From UHGV virus genome UHGV-0117250: a DNA stretch of 38,690 nt; one strand, given 5' to 3'. The translations under genes and the position numbers were made by a program. Every line of letters starts with the position of its first letter. Within the stretch, counting starts at the first letter, position 1. This DNA is from a virus. Below, piece by piece: positions 1 to 8,625 of the stretch. Below the pieces are notes generated by a model that was not told the DNA's origin, did no database searches, and was given only the letters and a program-made list of their open reading frames with translations.

Positions 1-49
1 ATGTTTGCAGTTTCAAGGCATTTCCTTAAATCTGCTGGTGATGCCCTGT

Positions 50-700
50 TCATGCTGCACGCTCCCGCCCCTGGTTGTCTGTTTGTGACAGCGGAGCATT
101 GCTGAATGCATTTGTTAATCCGCCAATATCCAACGCGTATCCAGGGTGTAGTTGCACTGCCGGGTCTTCGCACTGATTACCCCAAACATCGAAGCCATGA
201 GACGACTGGCGGGCGAACAGTTCAATGCGAGAAACATCGCCTAACAATTGCACAAATTTTTCACGAACGACATCTGGTTTTCTTGAATGCTCAAGCCGCG
301 GTGCGGTAAATGACTGAACGATACCTGCATTAATGCGCGGAGGTAGTTTTCCCTTTACCGCAAACAGGCAATCTTCACTATTGGCGCGAGTCATGTGTCC
401 CATACCCATAACCAGTTTATCTTGTTGTCGACTACCACATTTTATCCACGTGAAGCCCTTCATGGTCATCAGACGGAATCCCCAGGCTTCAACAACTTTT
501 AGTGCTTCGAGTGGTTGTGTTGGCACCCACCACATGGCCAACAGACAGTTTTCATCGGCCAAATCCCACACAGGAAGGCGGCAGATATCAAGCACACTCA
601 TAACCGGATATTTAAAACCGGCACCGCGATTACCATCTGCGGCTTTGTCCCGGTATACCCAGGGTGGATCTGCATAGATTAGTGTGTATTTCTTAGTCAT
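50..700 (-). CDS. DNA N6-adenine methyltransferase, Dam-like (MT-A70 family)
   Basis: ORF 50..712(-); N-terminal LIYADPPW contains the DPPW motif typical of MT-A70/phage Dam methyltransferases. The track start at 712 is GTG; the first ATG is at 700. Confidence 0.75.
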   Translation of the reverse strand: MTKKYTLIYADPPWVYRDKAADGNRGAGFKYPVMSVLDICRLPVWDLADENCLLAMWWVPTQPLEALKVVEAWGFRLMTMKGFTWIKCGSRQQDKLVMGMGHMTRANSEDCLFAVKGKLPPRINAGIVQSFTAPRLEHSRKPDVVREKFVQLLGDVSRIELFARQSSHGFDVWGNQCEDPAVQLHPGYALDIGGLTNAFSNAPLSQTDNQGRERAA

Positions 701-992
701 AAACCACCCCACAACATCCTATGCCGCTATAGTCGCCACGGCGAAGGCCGTTACCTTTTGTGATACATTGGTCCCTGCGAACCGCAATCCTTGCTCGCTC
801 AACATCACCAGAAGCAACATCCATACACTGAAGCCAAAGGTGAGCGGCAATGCGGAACTGCCCTTTTTTTTCTCTTTCAATCGCGCGTTTTTCGATCTCT
901 ATCGCCGCAGGAGTAACGGCGACAATCTTTGACGGACTACGCATTGAAACCTTATTCATGTGATATTTTTCAAGTCGGCTTAACTTTCTCAC
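693..992 (-). CDS. hypothetical protein (early-left operon)
   Basis: 99-codon ORF with GTG start at 992 preceded by GAGAGGG; co-oriented with neighbours and its stop overlaps the MTase start. No recognisable motif, and a plus-strand ORF overlaps it. Confidence 0.3.
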   Translation of the reverse strand: MRKLSRLEKYHMNKVSMRSPSKIVAVTPAAIEIEKRAIEREKKGQFRIAAHLWLQCMDVASGDVERARIAVRRDQCITKGNGLRRGDYSGIGCCGVVYD

Positions 993-1101
993 TTAATCCA
1001 ACCCTCTCTGAAAATTAATGCCAGCAGATAAAGCCATGCTGAAACAGAGGCCAGGAATAAGTACCATTCTGACCATTTGCTCCAGTGCCTTAGCAGCGCA
1101 C

Positions 1102-1350
1102 TCATGCAGCGTTGCTCACGGGACGATATACACGTTGCTGAACAGGAGGTTTTTTACCCTGGAACTCTGCCGGGCTTGCTGCCTGACGTTCATCAAGCCA
1201 ACGCTCAACTTCGTCACGGTTCCATGCGCAGCGTTTGTCAGTGATATACCAGCGTTTAGGAAATTCCCCTGCGCGCTCCATACGGTCGATAGTGCTCCAT
1301 GACAGTGGCACCACCGCCAGGAGTTCCTTCTTACCTAATGCACCTTTCAT
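1102..1350 (-). CDS. AlpA/Xis-family DNA-binding protein (excisionase-like)
   Basis: 82 aa, ATG at 1350 with GAGAGG upstream. Sequence LLAVVPLSWSTIDRMERAGEFPKRWYI...WNRDEVERWLDER resembles AlpA-type prophage regulators/excisionases. Confidence 0.65.
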   Translation of the reverse strand: MKGALGKKELLAVVPLSWSTIDRMERAGEFPKRWYITDKRCAWNRDEVERWLDERQAASPAEFQGKKPPVQQRVYRPVSNAA

Positions 1351-1399
1351 AAATACCTCTCTTGGTTGCAGTGCGGCGCGTGTGGCGCCGCGGTGGTGG

Positions 1400-2281
1400 T
1401 TACATAGATGTTTCGTTTAATTCTTCCCGACGAACGCTGTAAACGTCGGTTGCTTTTGCCAGCAGTTCGTCATCATCTGAAAGTTTTTGTGCAATGTATT
1501 TGTAAGCCTTATCCAGTTCGGAGACAGTGCTGTAATTCATCGCTGCGCTGGTAAAGGCCATCAGCATTTCTTCTGGATCACGGCTATCCGCTTTACGCGT
1601 TTGCTCATCAGGCTTTTTCACTGGTTTAGCGTTGATCAGACTGTTCATTCCCGCAGCAGTAGTTGTTTGCGGAGTAATGTCTCGTTCAACGCGCGGTGCC
1701 GTTTCCTGTAATTCGTCAGGGGTGTAAACACCGAGAAGTACATCAGGAGCGTGCAGGCGAGCCCATCGTTTCGTGCAAAGATAGGCAAGCTGCTGGCGCG
1801 GATCCTGTTCCCACAATGGAGAGTTACGCACTCCGGCTTGCGCCATACTGATGGTAAGCTCACGTGGTTCTGCTTCTCCTTTAAGAACTGCTGACACAGT
1901 TACCGTCAGATTCGGTGATTTATCTGTTTTGCCGTTAACATTCGACCAGTCACCGCTCCAGCGATAATTCAGGCGTGTCGCCAGCAGGCTGGAAGAGGAT
2001 ACGACCGCGTTTACCAACTGTGCTTCGTAGCCTAACGTTCCGTTTACCACATGCGTTTTCTGCGCCACGGCGAAAGGGTTCATTCCCCACTGTGCCGCCT
2101 GCATGGTCACCGCCAGGCAATCGGCAGTTTTGCCTTCAAGATGTTTCGGTACAGTCGCTTTGCTTTGTGACATCAACTCAGCGAAACGCACCAGTTGATT
2201 CATGCCCTCTGGGCTGAAGATTGCCGCAGCAGTGCCTACAGTTGCGCCTGGTTGTGATGTGATTGCGATATCATTGCTCAT
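1400..2281 (-). CDS. single-strand annealing recombinase (RecT/Red-beta-like)
   Basis: 293 aa ORF immediately downstream of, and overlapping, the exonuclease gene: the classic exo-annealase pair of lambdoid recombination modules. Family assignment is by context and general resemblance only. Confidence 0.55.
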   Translation of the reverse strand: MSNDIAITSQPGATVGTAAAIFSPEGMNQLVRFAELMSQSKATVPKHLEGKTADCLAVTMQAAQWGMNPFAVAQKTHVVNGTLGYEAQLVNAVVSSSSLLATRLNYRWSGDWSNVNGKTDKSPNLTVTVSAVLKGEAEPRELTISMAQAGVRNSPLWEQDPRQQLAYLCTKRWARLHAPDVLLGVYTPDELQETAPRVERDITPQTTTAAGMNSLINAKPVKKPDEQTRKADSRDPEEMLMAFTSAAMNYSTVSELDKAYKYIAQKLSDDDELLAKATDVYSVRREELNETSM

Positions 2282-3099
2282 ACGTACATATCCTGTTTAC
2301 GTGCCCAGTCAGGGCGTTTAATAATTTCCACTCCGCCCCACTCATCGTTGATGCGGCATTCGTGATAGGTATTCAGATCCCGGCGGAACAGAGCGTGCCC
2401 GGCATCGACATCCGGCGCATCCAGCTCGAACACGCGTACCGGATACCGACCACAATCAATGCTTTCGCTCACGGCAAGAAAGAAAAAACCATGCGGCTGA
2501 CCAGTAACCCTCATTGCGCCTTCGCGGTACATTGCGTCCTGCACGTGGTAGCGGAATTCCTCGATGTGACGTGCAAAACGGTCCATATCTGCAACCTTTT
2601 TCACGTCGATGATCACGTTGTGCTCGTTCAGCCATTTGTCTGGACGAATTCGGCACAACTCACCCGTTTCTTCATCGTTCCAGTACATTGACGCTTCGCA
2701 GTAACCAGGTGCTTCCAACATCCAGCGTGCCGCCGGGTGAGCCATTGCGCTATCACGCATCAGCTCCAGTTTCCGCCACTGCTCTTCATCAAGTACCGAA
2801 ATACCCATATCCGCCACATCACGAAGAAATGCCTCTTCGTCAGCTTTACCTTGTTTCGTCCGACGATCGAATTTCGGTGAAACAATGAAGCGTTTGTCGA
2901 ACTCTCCAGGCTCCAGAAGCAGACAGTGCAATGCGGTTCCCATATCCAGTACAGACTTTTTCTCTTCGTCTTCTGGTGCTGCCTGAATCCATTTAAGAAG
3001 CGCCGGATTCTTGGCAACCATGTCCAGTTGCGACTTACTCACGCCGTCACCGGCGTGGTAGTCTTCGTTGCTGATGTCGAAATAAATTCCCGGTTTCAT
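2278..3099 (-). CDS. PD-(D/E)XK exonuclease (YqaJ-like recombination exonuclease)
   Basis: 273 aa; AGGGA SD before ATG at 3099; acidic residues and a VIIDVKK (D-x-K) motif consistent with a PD-(D/E)XK nuclease; paired with the annealase. Confidence 0.65.
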   Translation of the reverse strand: MKPGIYFDISNEDYHAGDGVSKSQLDMVAKNPALLKWIQAAPEDEEKKSVLDMGTALHCLLLEPGEFDKRFIVSPKFDRRTKQGKADEEAFLRDVADMGISVLDEEQWRKLELMRDSAMAHPAARWMLEAPGYCEASMYWNDEETGELCRIRPDKWLNEHNVIIDVKKVADMDRFARHIEEFRYHVQDAMYREGAMRVTGQPHGFFFLAVSESIDCGRYPVRVFELDAPDVDAGHALFRRDLNTYHECRINDEWGGVEIIKRPDWARKQDMYV

Positions 3100-3395
3100 G
3101 CCGCGTCCCTCTGTCCATCAAGCTGATCAGCCAGATCCCAGCGGGCGATAATTGCCATTGCCTCTCGCCGATAGGCATCCATCAGTTCTTCGAACTCAGG
3201 GCTGTCTTTAGCAGCCTCCAGTACTTCCTGACGAACGCCTTTGCCGGTTACAACGTCGAAAGTTGAGGACAGTTGATGAAGCCGGATACTCTCAATCAGT
3301 TCTACTTGTCGGTCATATAGCTGTTCTGACAGTCGGTAGTCCTTGTCGAATGCCTGCATGATTTTTTGAAGATTTTTCTGCTGATTAACGTTCAT
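3096..3395 (-). CDS. hypothetical early protein
   Basis: ATG at 3395 preceded by GGGAGGG at 7-nt spacing; translationally coupled to the downstream exonuclease (ATGA overlap). Confidence 0.5.
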   Translation of the reverse strand: MNVNQQKNLQKIMQAFDKDYRLSEQLYDRQVELIESIRLHQLSSTFDVVTGKGVRQEVLEAAKDSPEFEELMDAYRREAMAIIARWDLADQLDGQRDAA

Positions 3396-3400
3396 TATCA

Positions 3401-3551
3401 GCCCTCCCATATCTCGTTATCGTTGGCCACATCGCGAGCTTCTTTGCTGACGAAAGCCCACTTAATGCCTTCCTGTAAGGTGCGGAACTTCCAGCTCATG
3501 AATCCGCATGCAGTAACGCAGTACCAACCGTTGATGATTTTCCACTGCATA
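3401..3551 (-). CDS. small hypothetical protein (49 aa), first gene of leftward operon
   Basis: Not in the ORF track (<60 aa). ATG at 3551 with GAGG upstream, stop overlapping the next gene start; sits directly downstream of the leftward operator pair. Confidence 0.3.
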
Positions 3552-3568
3552 ACTTGTTACCTCGGTTT

Positions 3569-3647
3569 GTTACCGTTAAGGTAATAATTATGCGTATCTG
3601 GTTTGATGTCAATAGATATGAGTTAAAAAAATTACCTGTTAGGTAAT
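3569..3647. promoter_or_regulatory. leftward operator region (OL-like): two 17-bp dyad sites
   Basis: gTTACC-GTTAA-GGTAAt at 3569..3585 and the perfect dyad ATTACC-TGTTA-GGTAAT at 3631..3647, between the repressor terminator and the first leftward gene. Confidence 0.5.
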
Positions 3648-3656
3648 CTAACAGGC

Positions 3657-3683
3657 AATAAAAAAGCCGCCAGAAGGCGGCTT
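3657..3683 (-). terminator. rho-independent terminator after repressor gene
   Basis: On the minus strand: GC hairpin GCCGCC-TTCT-GGCGGC followed by a T-run, about 20 nt after the repressor stop at 3704. Confidence 0.6.
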
Positions 3684-3703
3684 ACTTACTGAAAAATATG
3701 ATT

Positions 3704-4288
3704 TTATTGTTTGTTTTTTTCGTTCTGGTTGATGACAAATTCAATGTAACTTTCGATCTTTGCTTTCTCGGTTTCGGGTAACAAAGCGTAGCGCGAGCGG
3801 TCATAGTTGATAGTCGCAGGGTCGTGCGGGTGAATCAGTAATTCATAGCCGTGACGCCCGAATGCGGATGCAACATTCTCCAGGGTGGAAATGGAAACGC
3901 TGACCTCATTGTTTAACAGGCGGCTGATTGTCACCTGGGCGACGCCGGATGCGCGGTGAAGTTTTCCCTGCGTTGAAAGGTCGCGGCTTTCGCTCATCCA
4001 GCGTTCCAGGTTGTGAGCCGCCAGCTGACCAATGTCGCTTGGTCCGACAGGCTGAAAACCTTCCTGAGAAAGCGAGCGATCGATATCAAGCCAGTTACGG
4101 GGTTTATTGGCGGCAGCTTCAATTTTTCGCGCAACCTGGTCGCCGATAACCTTCTTGCCAAGAGCCCAGCGGTTTACCAGATTTGCCTGAGTTCCAAGTT
4201 TTTCTGCCATCCGCGTCTGAACACCATTGAATTCACGGTCGATCAAGTCGTTGAGATTTTGCCTGCGGACGTCCTGGATACTTTTCAT
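3704..4288 (-). CDS. prophage repressor, double-HTH (XRE-type), no peptidase S24 domain
   Basis: 194 aa; two HTH-like segments (around QTRMAEKLGTQANLVNRW and VAQVTISRLLNNEVSVSISTLENVA); divergent from a cro-like gene with dyad operators between them; no Ser/Lys autocleavage-type C-terminus visible. Confidence 0.7.
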   Translation of the reverse strand: MKSIQDVRRQNLNDLIDREFNGVQTRMAEKLGTQANLVNRWALGKKVIGDQVARKIEAAANKPRNWLDIDRSLSQEGFQPVGPSDIGQLAAHNLERWMSESRDLSTQGKLHRASGVAQVTISRLLNNEVSVSISTLENVASAFGRHGYELLIHPHDPATINYDRSRYALLPETEKAKIESYIEFVINQNEKNKQ

Positions 4289-4342
4289 TTTCTGGAAAAT
4301 CGCCTCATATATGAATCAGTAGATGATTCAATTTAAAGCAAT

Positions 4343-4407
4343 ATTACCCAACAGGTAAATGCACCCCATAGGTAACTATCCTTGATTTTTGTTACCTTAT
4401 GGGTGAA
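4343..4407. promoter_or_regulatory. rightward/maintenance operator region (OR-like): three dyad sites
   Basis: ATTACC-CAACA-GGTAAA (4343..4359), GCACC-CCATA-GGTAA (4361..4375) and GTTACC-TTATG-GGTGAA (4391..4407) in the 155-bp divergent region between the repressor ATG (4288) and the cro-like ATG (4443). Confidence 0.55.
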
Positions 4408-4442
4408 TATTTATTATCTGAAATAAATATCAGGCAATAGCT

Positions 4443-4673
4443 ATGAGCGATAACGGACATTTCGATTTCAAAAAGCACTGGCTTGCACTTACTCCGGATG
4501 AGCGTGAAGCCTTCGCACAGGAAGCCGGAACGACGAGTCACTATATCCAGACTCACTTAACAGGTAAGCGCAAAATGCCAGGTAAAGTATTGATGAATGG
4601 GCTTTTTAAAGCCTGTAAAACAAGACAATGGCTGCGCTCAAAAGCAGAACTGGCATACTTCTTCTACTCATGA
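4443..4673 (+). CDS. Cro-like small HTH regulator
   Basis: 76 aa, divergent from the repressor across the operator region; HTH-like segment TTSHYIQTHLTG. Confidence 0.55.
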   Translation: MSDNGHFDFKKHWLALTPDEREAFAQEAGTTSHYIQTHLTGKRKMPGKVLMNGLFKACKTRQWLRSKAELAYFFYS

Positions 4674-4693
4674 TATCCAGCTACAACCCTCTG

Positions 4694-4719
4694 TAGACCG
4701 CCACCCGGCGGTCTTTTCA
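4694..4719 (+). terminator. rho-independent terminator (tR1-like) after cro-like gene
   Basis: Hairpin GACCGCC-ACCC-GGCGGTC followed by TTTTC. Confidence 0.6.
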
Positions 4720-4728
4720 TATCTATTC

Positions 4729-4744
4729 GCACCTTTAAGGTAAT
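4729..4744. promoter_or_regulatory. dyad-motif site upstream of next early gene
   Basis: GCACC-TTTAA-GGTAAT immediately after the terminator; same motif family as the OL/OR sites. Confidence 0.35.
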
Positions 4745-4823
4745 AAAAAACCAAATCTGGTTGATCTTTTTTTTGTGTCAGCACAAAATAACCGTAATCC
4801 CAATACTAATAACAGGGCTTACC

Positions 4824-5024
4824 ATGGAAATCATTACACGTATTGATGCCGCAAAGCGCGGACTTAAACGCTACTACACCGGAAAACCATGTAAGCACGG
4901 ACATGACAGTGAACGCTGGGTTTACAACGGACACTGTGTTGAGTGCACCATGGAATCAAACCGTCGCATCAGGGCAGAGATTAAGCAGATCATGATTAAT
5001 TCCTCCCCACAACATTCAAGCTGA
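4824..5024 (+). CDS. hypothetical Cys-rich (zinc-ribbon-like) protein, cII-position
   Basis: 66 aa from ATG 4824 (track start 4761 is TTG); CKHGH...CVEC pattern; sits between cro-like and the replication initiator. Confidence 0.4.
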   Translation: MEIITRIDAAKRGLKRYYTGKPCKHGHDSERWVYNGHCVECTMESNRRIRAEIKQIMINSSPQHSS

Positions 5025-5039
5025 TAGCGGAGATTAATC

Positions 5040-5855
5040 ATGAGCAGACATGCAACAGATTGGGCCTGGGAGACAGATCCAGGCAGCTCATCATTAAAGC
5101 TCATACTGCTCTCGATGGCTGACAGAGCCGATGAATATAACCTCTGCTACCCCAGCATAGAACGCCTCGTTAAAGACACTTGCCTGAATAAAAAAACCGT
5201 GCAGGCCGGGCTTATATCGCTCATGAAAATGGGGCTTATTTCAGATACCGGAGAGAGAAAGGGAGCGACAAAAAGAGTGCGGGTTTTCTCTCTTAATATA
5301 ACCAAAAAAGGGAACATTAAAGGCAACCTAGAAGGACGTAATGAACCCGAAAACGGTAATGTTCCCGAAAACGGGAATATACCCAAAAACGGGATGTTGA
5401 ATGATCCCAAAAACGGGATGTTGAATGATCCCAAAAACGGGATCCAGAACCAGTCATATAACCAGTCATTTAACCAAGAGAGGGAGAGCAGGACAAAAAC
5501 CGGGGATTCTGTGCCTCATGACCCAGGCGCAAACAACGCCGTGATGAATAACTTTGTTCCTCCTGGTGGGCTAGGGCAATTAGGCAAATTTGTCATGCAT
5601 GAACAATGGCAGCCATCAGATGACTTTCTTCGGAAAAGCTCATTGCAGGGGATCTACCTGGACAGTCTGCCAACGGCACAGGAACTTGCAGAATTCAGAA
5701 TTTACTGGATGGCTGAGGGTAAGGCATACCATCAGGCACAGTGGGAGCAGAAGCTGGCAAGGTGGCTGCAGATTAGCAGACAGAAGCAATCAACATTACC
5801 TGATAACAACGTTCCGCACTGGAACAGCCCTGAAGCGTGGGAGGATTTCTTGTGA
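5040..5855 (+). CDS. replication initiator, lambda O-like
   Basis: GGAG SD then ATG 5040; N-terminal HTH-like region; central repetitive peptide (NGNVPENGNIPKNGMLNDPKNGMLNDPKNG) encoded by DNA iterons; followed by a P-like gene with overlapping stop/start. Confidence 0.7.
   Translation: MSRHATDWAWETDPGSSSLKLILLSMADRADEYNLCYPSIERLVKDTCLNKKTVQAGLISLMKMGLISDTGERKGATKRVRVFSLNITKKGNIKGNLEGRNEPENGNVPENGNIPKNGMLNDPKNGMLNDPKNGIQNQSYNQSFNQERESRTKTGDSVPHDPGANNAVMNNFVPPGGLGQLGKFVMHEQWQPSDDFLRKSSLQGIYLDSLPTAQELAEFRIYWMAEGKAYHQAQWEQKLARWLQISRQKQSTLPDNNVPHWNSPEAWEDFL
5345..5445. repeat. origin-like iteron array (5 direct repeats) inside O-like gene
   Basis: CCC(G/A)AAAACGG(G/T)A repeated five times at 18/18/24/24-bp spacing, followed by a GATC and a short tandem AACCAGTCAT pair (5451..5470). 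Confidence 0.6.
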
Positions 5856-6637
5856 ACAACGTTTTTACCGCGATACAAAACCGTGACGGAGAAGCCCTTT
5901 CTCGCATGTCAGGTTATGAGCATCAGTACGTCAACAATGACAATGTGGTGAACATGTCAGCAGAGAGGCTTGTTGATGCCCTTTTCAAACAGCTGAAACA
6001 ACTGTTTCCGGCGGCAGTGGTAACCAACCTGAAGACGCCAGAGCAGGAAGTTGCTGCAAAACAGCAGTGGATTGCTGCGTTTGCCGAAGGGGGAATACGT
6101 ACCCGTGAACAGGTTTCTGCTGGTATGCGCCACGCCCGCGCCAGTGAATCTCCGTTCTGGCCGTCGCCAGGGCAATTCATCAAGTGGTGTAAAGACAGCA
6201 AGATGGTTCTTGGCGTCACCATTGACGATGTGATGGCGGAGTTTCACCGGTACAGCAAGGAAAAAAGTTTATATCCTGGTGGTCCAGAAAGATTCCCGTG
6301 GCGGCATCCGGTTATGTACTGGGTCGTATGTGATACACGCCGTGCAATGTATCAGCGCCAGCTTAGCGAGATTGAGGTTGAGAAACATGCGCGCAGGCTG
6401 CTCGATGATTGGGCGAAAAAGGTGGCTTCCGGACAGCAGATACCCGATCCGGTGATCAGCATACAGGCAAAGCCAGAACCCATGAGTACACCTCCGGACA
6501 CAGGGAGAGACGTTTACCATCCACCAGGGCGAAGTTTCGGGTGCATGCCTAACGCCGCCACCCTTGGGGGAATAACACCGGCTCAGTGGCTGATGGAGGA
6601 ATACAGGCGGGGAAAGGCGGCAGGATTTATCAAGTAA
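5852..6637 (+). CDS. replication protein P-like (helicase loader)
   Basis: Segment SPFWPSPGQFIKWC closely resembles lambda P (PFLPSPGQFVAWC) and the flanking region aligns. GTG at 5852 with GGGAGGA SD overlaps the O-like stop (GTGA); the track start at 5837 is also GTG. Confidence 0.75.
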   Translation: MNNVFTAIQNRDGEALSRMSGYEHQYVNNDNVVNMSAERLVDALFKQLKQLFPAAVVTNLKTPEQEVAAKQQWIAAFAEGGIRTREQVSAGMRHARASESPFWPSPGQFIKWCKDSKMVLGVTIDDVMAEFHRYSKEKSLYPGGPERFPWRHPVMYWVVCDTRRAMYQRQLSEIEVEKHARRLLDDWAKKVASGQQIPDPVISIQAKPEPMSTPPDTGRDVYHPPGRSFGCMPNAATLGGITPAQWLMEEYRRGKAAGFIK

Positions 6638-6673
6638 TACCAGCGCGATAGCGCATTTTTTTACGTCTCAACA

Positions 6674-6752
6674 ATTACCCATAAGGTAATAAAATATTCT
6701 AAACTCTATTGATTTCGTGTCTTATGTGGTTTTTAATTACCTTAGAGGTAAA
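6674..6752. promoter_or_regulatory. two dyad-motif sites upstream of DUF1064 operon
   Basis: ATTACC-CATAA-GGTAAT (6674..6690) and ATTACC-TTAGA-GGTAAA (6736..6752); the second ends 3 nt before the ATG at 6755. Confidence 0.4.
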
Positions 6753-6754
6753 TC

Positions 6755-7099
6755 ATGAGAAAACAGATACAGGCTCTTGGTCGACTCAAAACAGGCCAGA
6801 TGAACAAAACAGAATCTGCGTATTGCCAGCACCTTGAGCTGCGTAAACGTGCAGGGGAAATCGCCTGGTATCGATTCGAGGGTATCAAGCTGCGGTTAGC
6901 TGACAACACGTTCTATACGCCCGATTTTGCTGTGATGCTCGCCACCGGCGAGATGGAACTACACGAAGTGAAAGGTTTCTGGACCGACGACGCCAGGGTG
7001 AAAACCAAAGTCGCCGCAGATCAGTATCTGTTCCGAATCATCGGGGTAACGGTTAAACCAAAGAAAGCAGGTGGTGGGTGGAACATCGAAGAGTTCTGA
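6755..7099 (+). CDS. DUF1064-like phage protein (putative nuclease/resolvase-like)
   Basis: 114 aa; pattern ...KTESAYCQHLELRK...YRFEGIKLRL...YTPDF...HEVKG resembles DUF1064 phage proteins (from memory). Confidence 0.45.
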   Translation: MRKQIQALGRLKTGQMNKTESAYCQHLELRKRAGEIAWYRFEGIKLRLADNTFYTPDFAVMLATGEMELHEVKGFWTDDARVKTKVAADQYLFRIIGVTVKPKKAGGGWNIEEF

Positions 7100-7160
7100 A
7101 TCGACGATCTTTTTAGTTATCAATGTAATCAATAAGTTATGTGGATAAGCGAGGGTAAAG

Positions 7161-7700
7161 ATGGAAAGTAATATCAAAGGGTTAGTTACCGCCGGGCATG
7201 AGATGGCTTCGGAACTGAAAGCAGAATGTGGCGCCGTTGATATGCGTAGTGTGGCAAAGCTGATCAGCGATTTGGCAACGCAACTGGAAGTGCAACTGGT
7301 GCGTGCTAATGCGCTGGCCGAAGACCAACAGAAAGCGATTGAGTCAATTAAGCAGGCTGATTCGGCTGTTAAGTTGGCGCACGAGAAGTTTTCAGCACTG
7401 GCAGCGGAGAGTGCGGGGATGAAGAAGTTCTGCAAAGACGCTGCATTCGATGCCGATTACGAAGCAGAGCTAGGTATGGAGCGTGGTGGATTCAGTGATG
7501 CGCTTAACGAAATCAAAACCCCAGCCACCGATGCTTTTCTGGCTGAAGTACGGGCGCAGGGGGTGGATATGGCTCGTAACGCGATGATTGATTTTGTTGA
7601 TGGTGAAATTGGGCCAAACAAGAACGTTCCGGGGCTGATTAGAGGCGCAGAGATATGCGTAAGTATTGCTGAACAGCTTCGCAAAGGAGGCAACCAGTGA
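7161..7700 (+). CDS. hypothetical protein
   Basis: 179 aa, ATG at 7161; no recognisable motif; stop overlaps the next gene start. Confidence 0.5.
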   Translation: MESNIKGLVTAGHEMASELKAECGAVDMRSVAKLISDLATQLEVQLVRANALAEDQQKAIESIKQADSAVKLAHEKFSALAAESAGMKKFCKDAAFDADYEAELGMERGGFSDALNEIKTPATDAFLAEVRAQGVDMARNAMIDFVDGEIGPNKNVPGLIRGAEICVSIAEQLRKGGNQ

Positions 7701-8191
7701 CTGGATATGCAGCAATCCTCGACATGTGCTGTGGCAGTCGCATGTTCTGGTTCGATAAGAAGGACGACCGGGCGATATTTAGCGATATCAGAAAGGAAGA
7801 GCACACATTATGTGATGGACGACGGCTGATAATTAGCCCTGACATGATAGCAGATTTTCGTGCATTACCATTTGCAGACGCATCGTTTCCGGTTGTTGTA
7901 TTCGACCCTCCGCATCTTGAGCGTGTTGGTGATAACGCCTGGATGGGAAAGAAATATGGACGGCTGAATAAAGATACCTGGCGTGATGATTTGCGGCAGG
8001 GATTTAAAGAAGCCTTTCGTGTGTTGCGGCCATACGGCGTTCTGATTTTTAAATGGAATGAAACGCAAATACCTGTTCGCCAGATATTGGCACTGACCGA
8101 CAGAAAGCCTGTTATCGGTCAACGAACAGGAAAGGGTGACAAGACCCACTGGATTATTTTTATGAAGGAGGCGACCAGTGAGCAAAATTAA
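7697..8191 (+). CDS. SAM-dependent DNA methyltransferase (DPPH motif)
   Basis: GTG start at 7697 with AGGAGG SD at 6-nt spacing; VVVFDPPH matches motif IV (D/N-P-P-Y/F/H) of N6A/N4C DNA methyltransferases; short (164 aa), so target recognition is unclear. Confidence 0.6.
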   Translation: MTGYAAILDMCCGSRMFWFDKKDDRAIFSDIRKEEHTLCDGRRLIISPDMIADFRALPFADASFPVVVFDPPHLERVGDNAWMGKKYGRLNKDTWRDDLRQGFKEAFRVLRPYGVLIFKWNETQIPVRQILALTDRKPVIGQRTGKGDKTHWIIFMKEATSEQN

Positions 8192-8624
8192 CTATCAGGC
8201 ACTGCGTGAAGCGGCAGAGCAGGCAATGCATGACGACTGGGGATTTGATGCGGACCTTTTCCATAAGCTGGTAACACCATCGATTGTGCTGGCACTGCTG
8301 GATGAACGGGAAAGAAACCAGCAATACATCAAATCACGCGACCAGGAGAACGAGGATATTGCGCTAACGGTAGGGAAGCTGCGTGTTGAGCTTGAAGCAG
8401 CAAAATCAAAACTCAACGAGCAGCGTGAATATTACGAGGGAGTAATCGCGGATGGAAGTAAGCGCATAGCAGAACTGGAGGAGCGGGAAATACTGCTCCC
8501 GGAACGTAGCAGCATGCTTCATCGAACAGATTTTCACGAGGATTACCAAACGGTAATGGCATACAAAGTTTCTGAAGTCATCGCTGCAATCCGCGCTGCT
8601 GGTATTCGCATCAAAGGAGAGTGA
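8178..8624 (+). CDS. ead/Ea22-like family protein
   Basis: GTG start with GAAGGAGG SD; N-terminal INYQALREAAEQA...PSIVLALLDERE followed by a coiled-coil region, as in ead/Ea22-like prophage proteins. Confidence 0.55.
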   Translation: MSKINYQALREAAEQAMHDDWGFDADLFHKLVTPSIVLALLDERERNQQYIKSRDQENEDIALTVGKLRVELEAAKSKLNEQREYYEGVIADGSKRIAELEEREILLPERSSMLHRTDFHEDYQTVMAYKVSEVIAAIRAAGIRIKGE

Positions 8625-8625
8625 G

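Noticed and set aside
106-677. Plus-strand ORFs 106..309 and 333..677 inside the Dam-like methyltransferase gene
   Set aside because: Fully antisense to a well-supported CDS, with no SD and unusual amino-acid composition; treated as shadow ORFs. The same reasoning applies to most antisense track ORFs, for example 8406..9035(-), 11071..11577(-), 14892..15629(-), 16180..16761(-), 19300..20004(-), 23095..23712(-) and 28384..28845(-).
3590-3646. 18-codon mini-ORF (MRIWFDVNRYELKKLPVR) within the OL region
   Set aside because: Overlaps both operator sites and the upstream AAGG is probably part of the dyad motif rather than an SD; too short and unsupported to call.
4761-4823. Upstream extension of the cII-position ORF starting at 4761
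   Set aside because: The track start is TTG and the extension encodes a hydrophobic stretch running through the promoter/operator region; the internal ATG at 4824 is the more plausible start.
5590-5886. 98-aa alternative-frame ORF within the O-like gene
   Set aside because: Lies entirely inside the initiator CDS in another frame with no independent translation signals.
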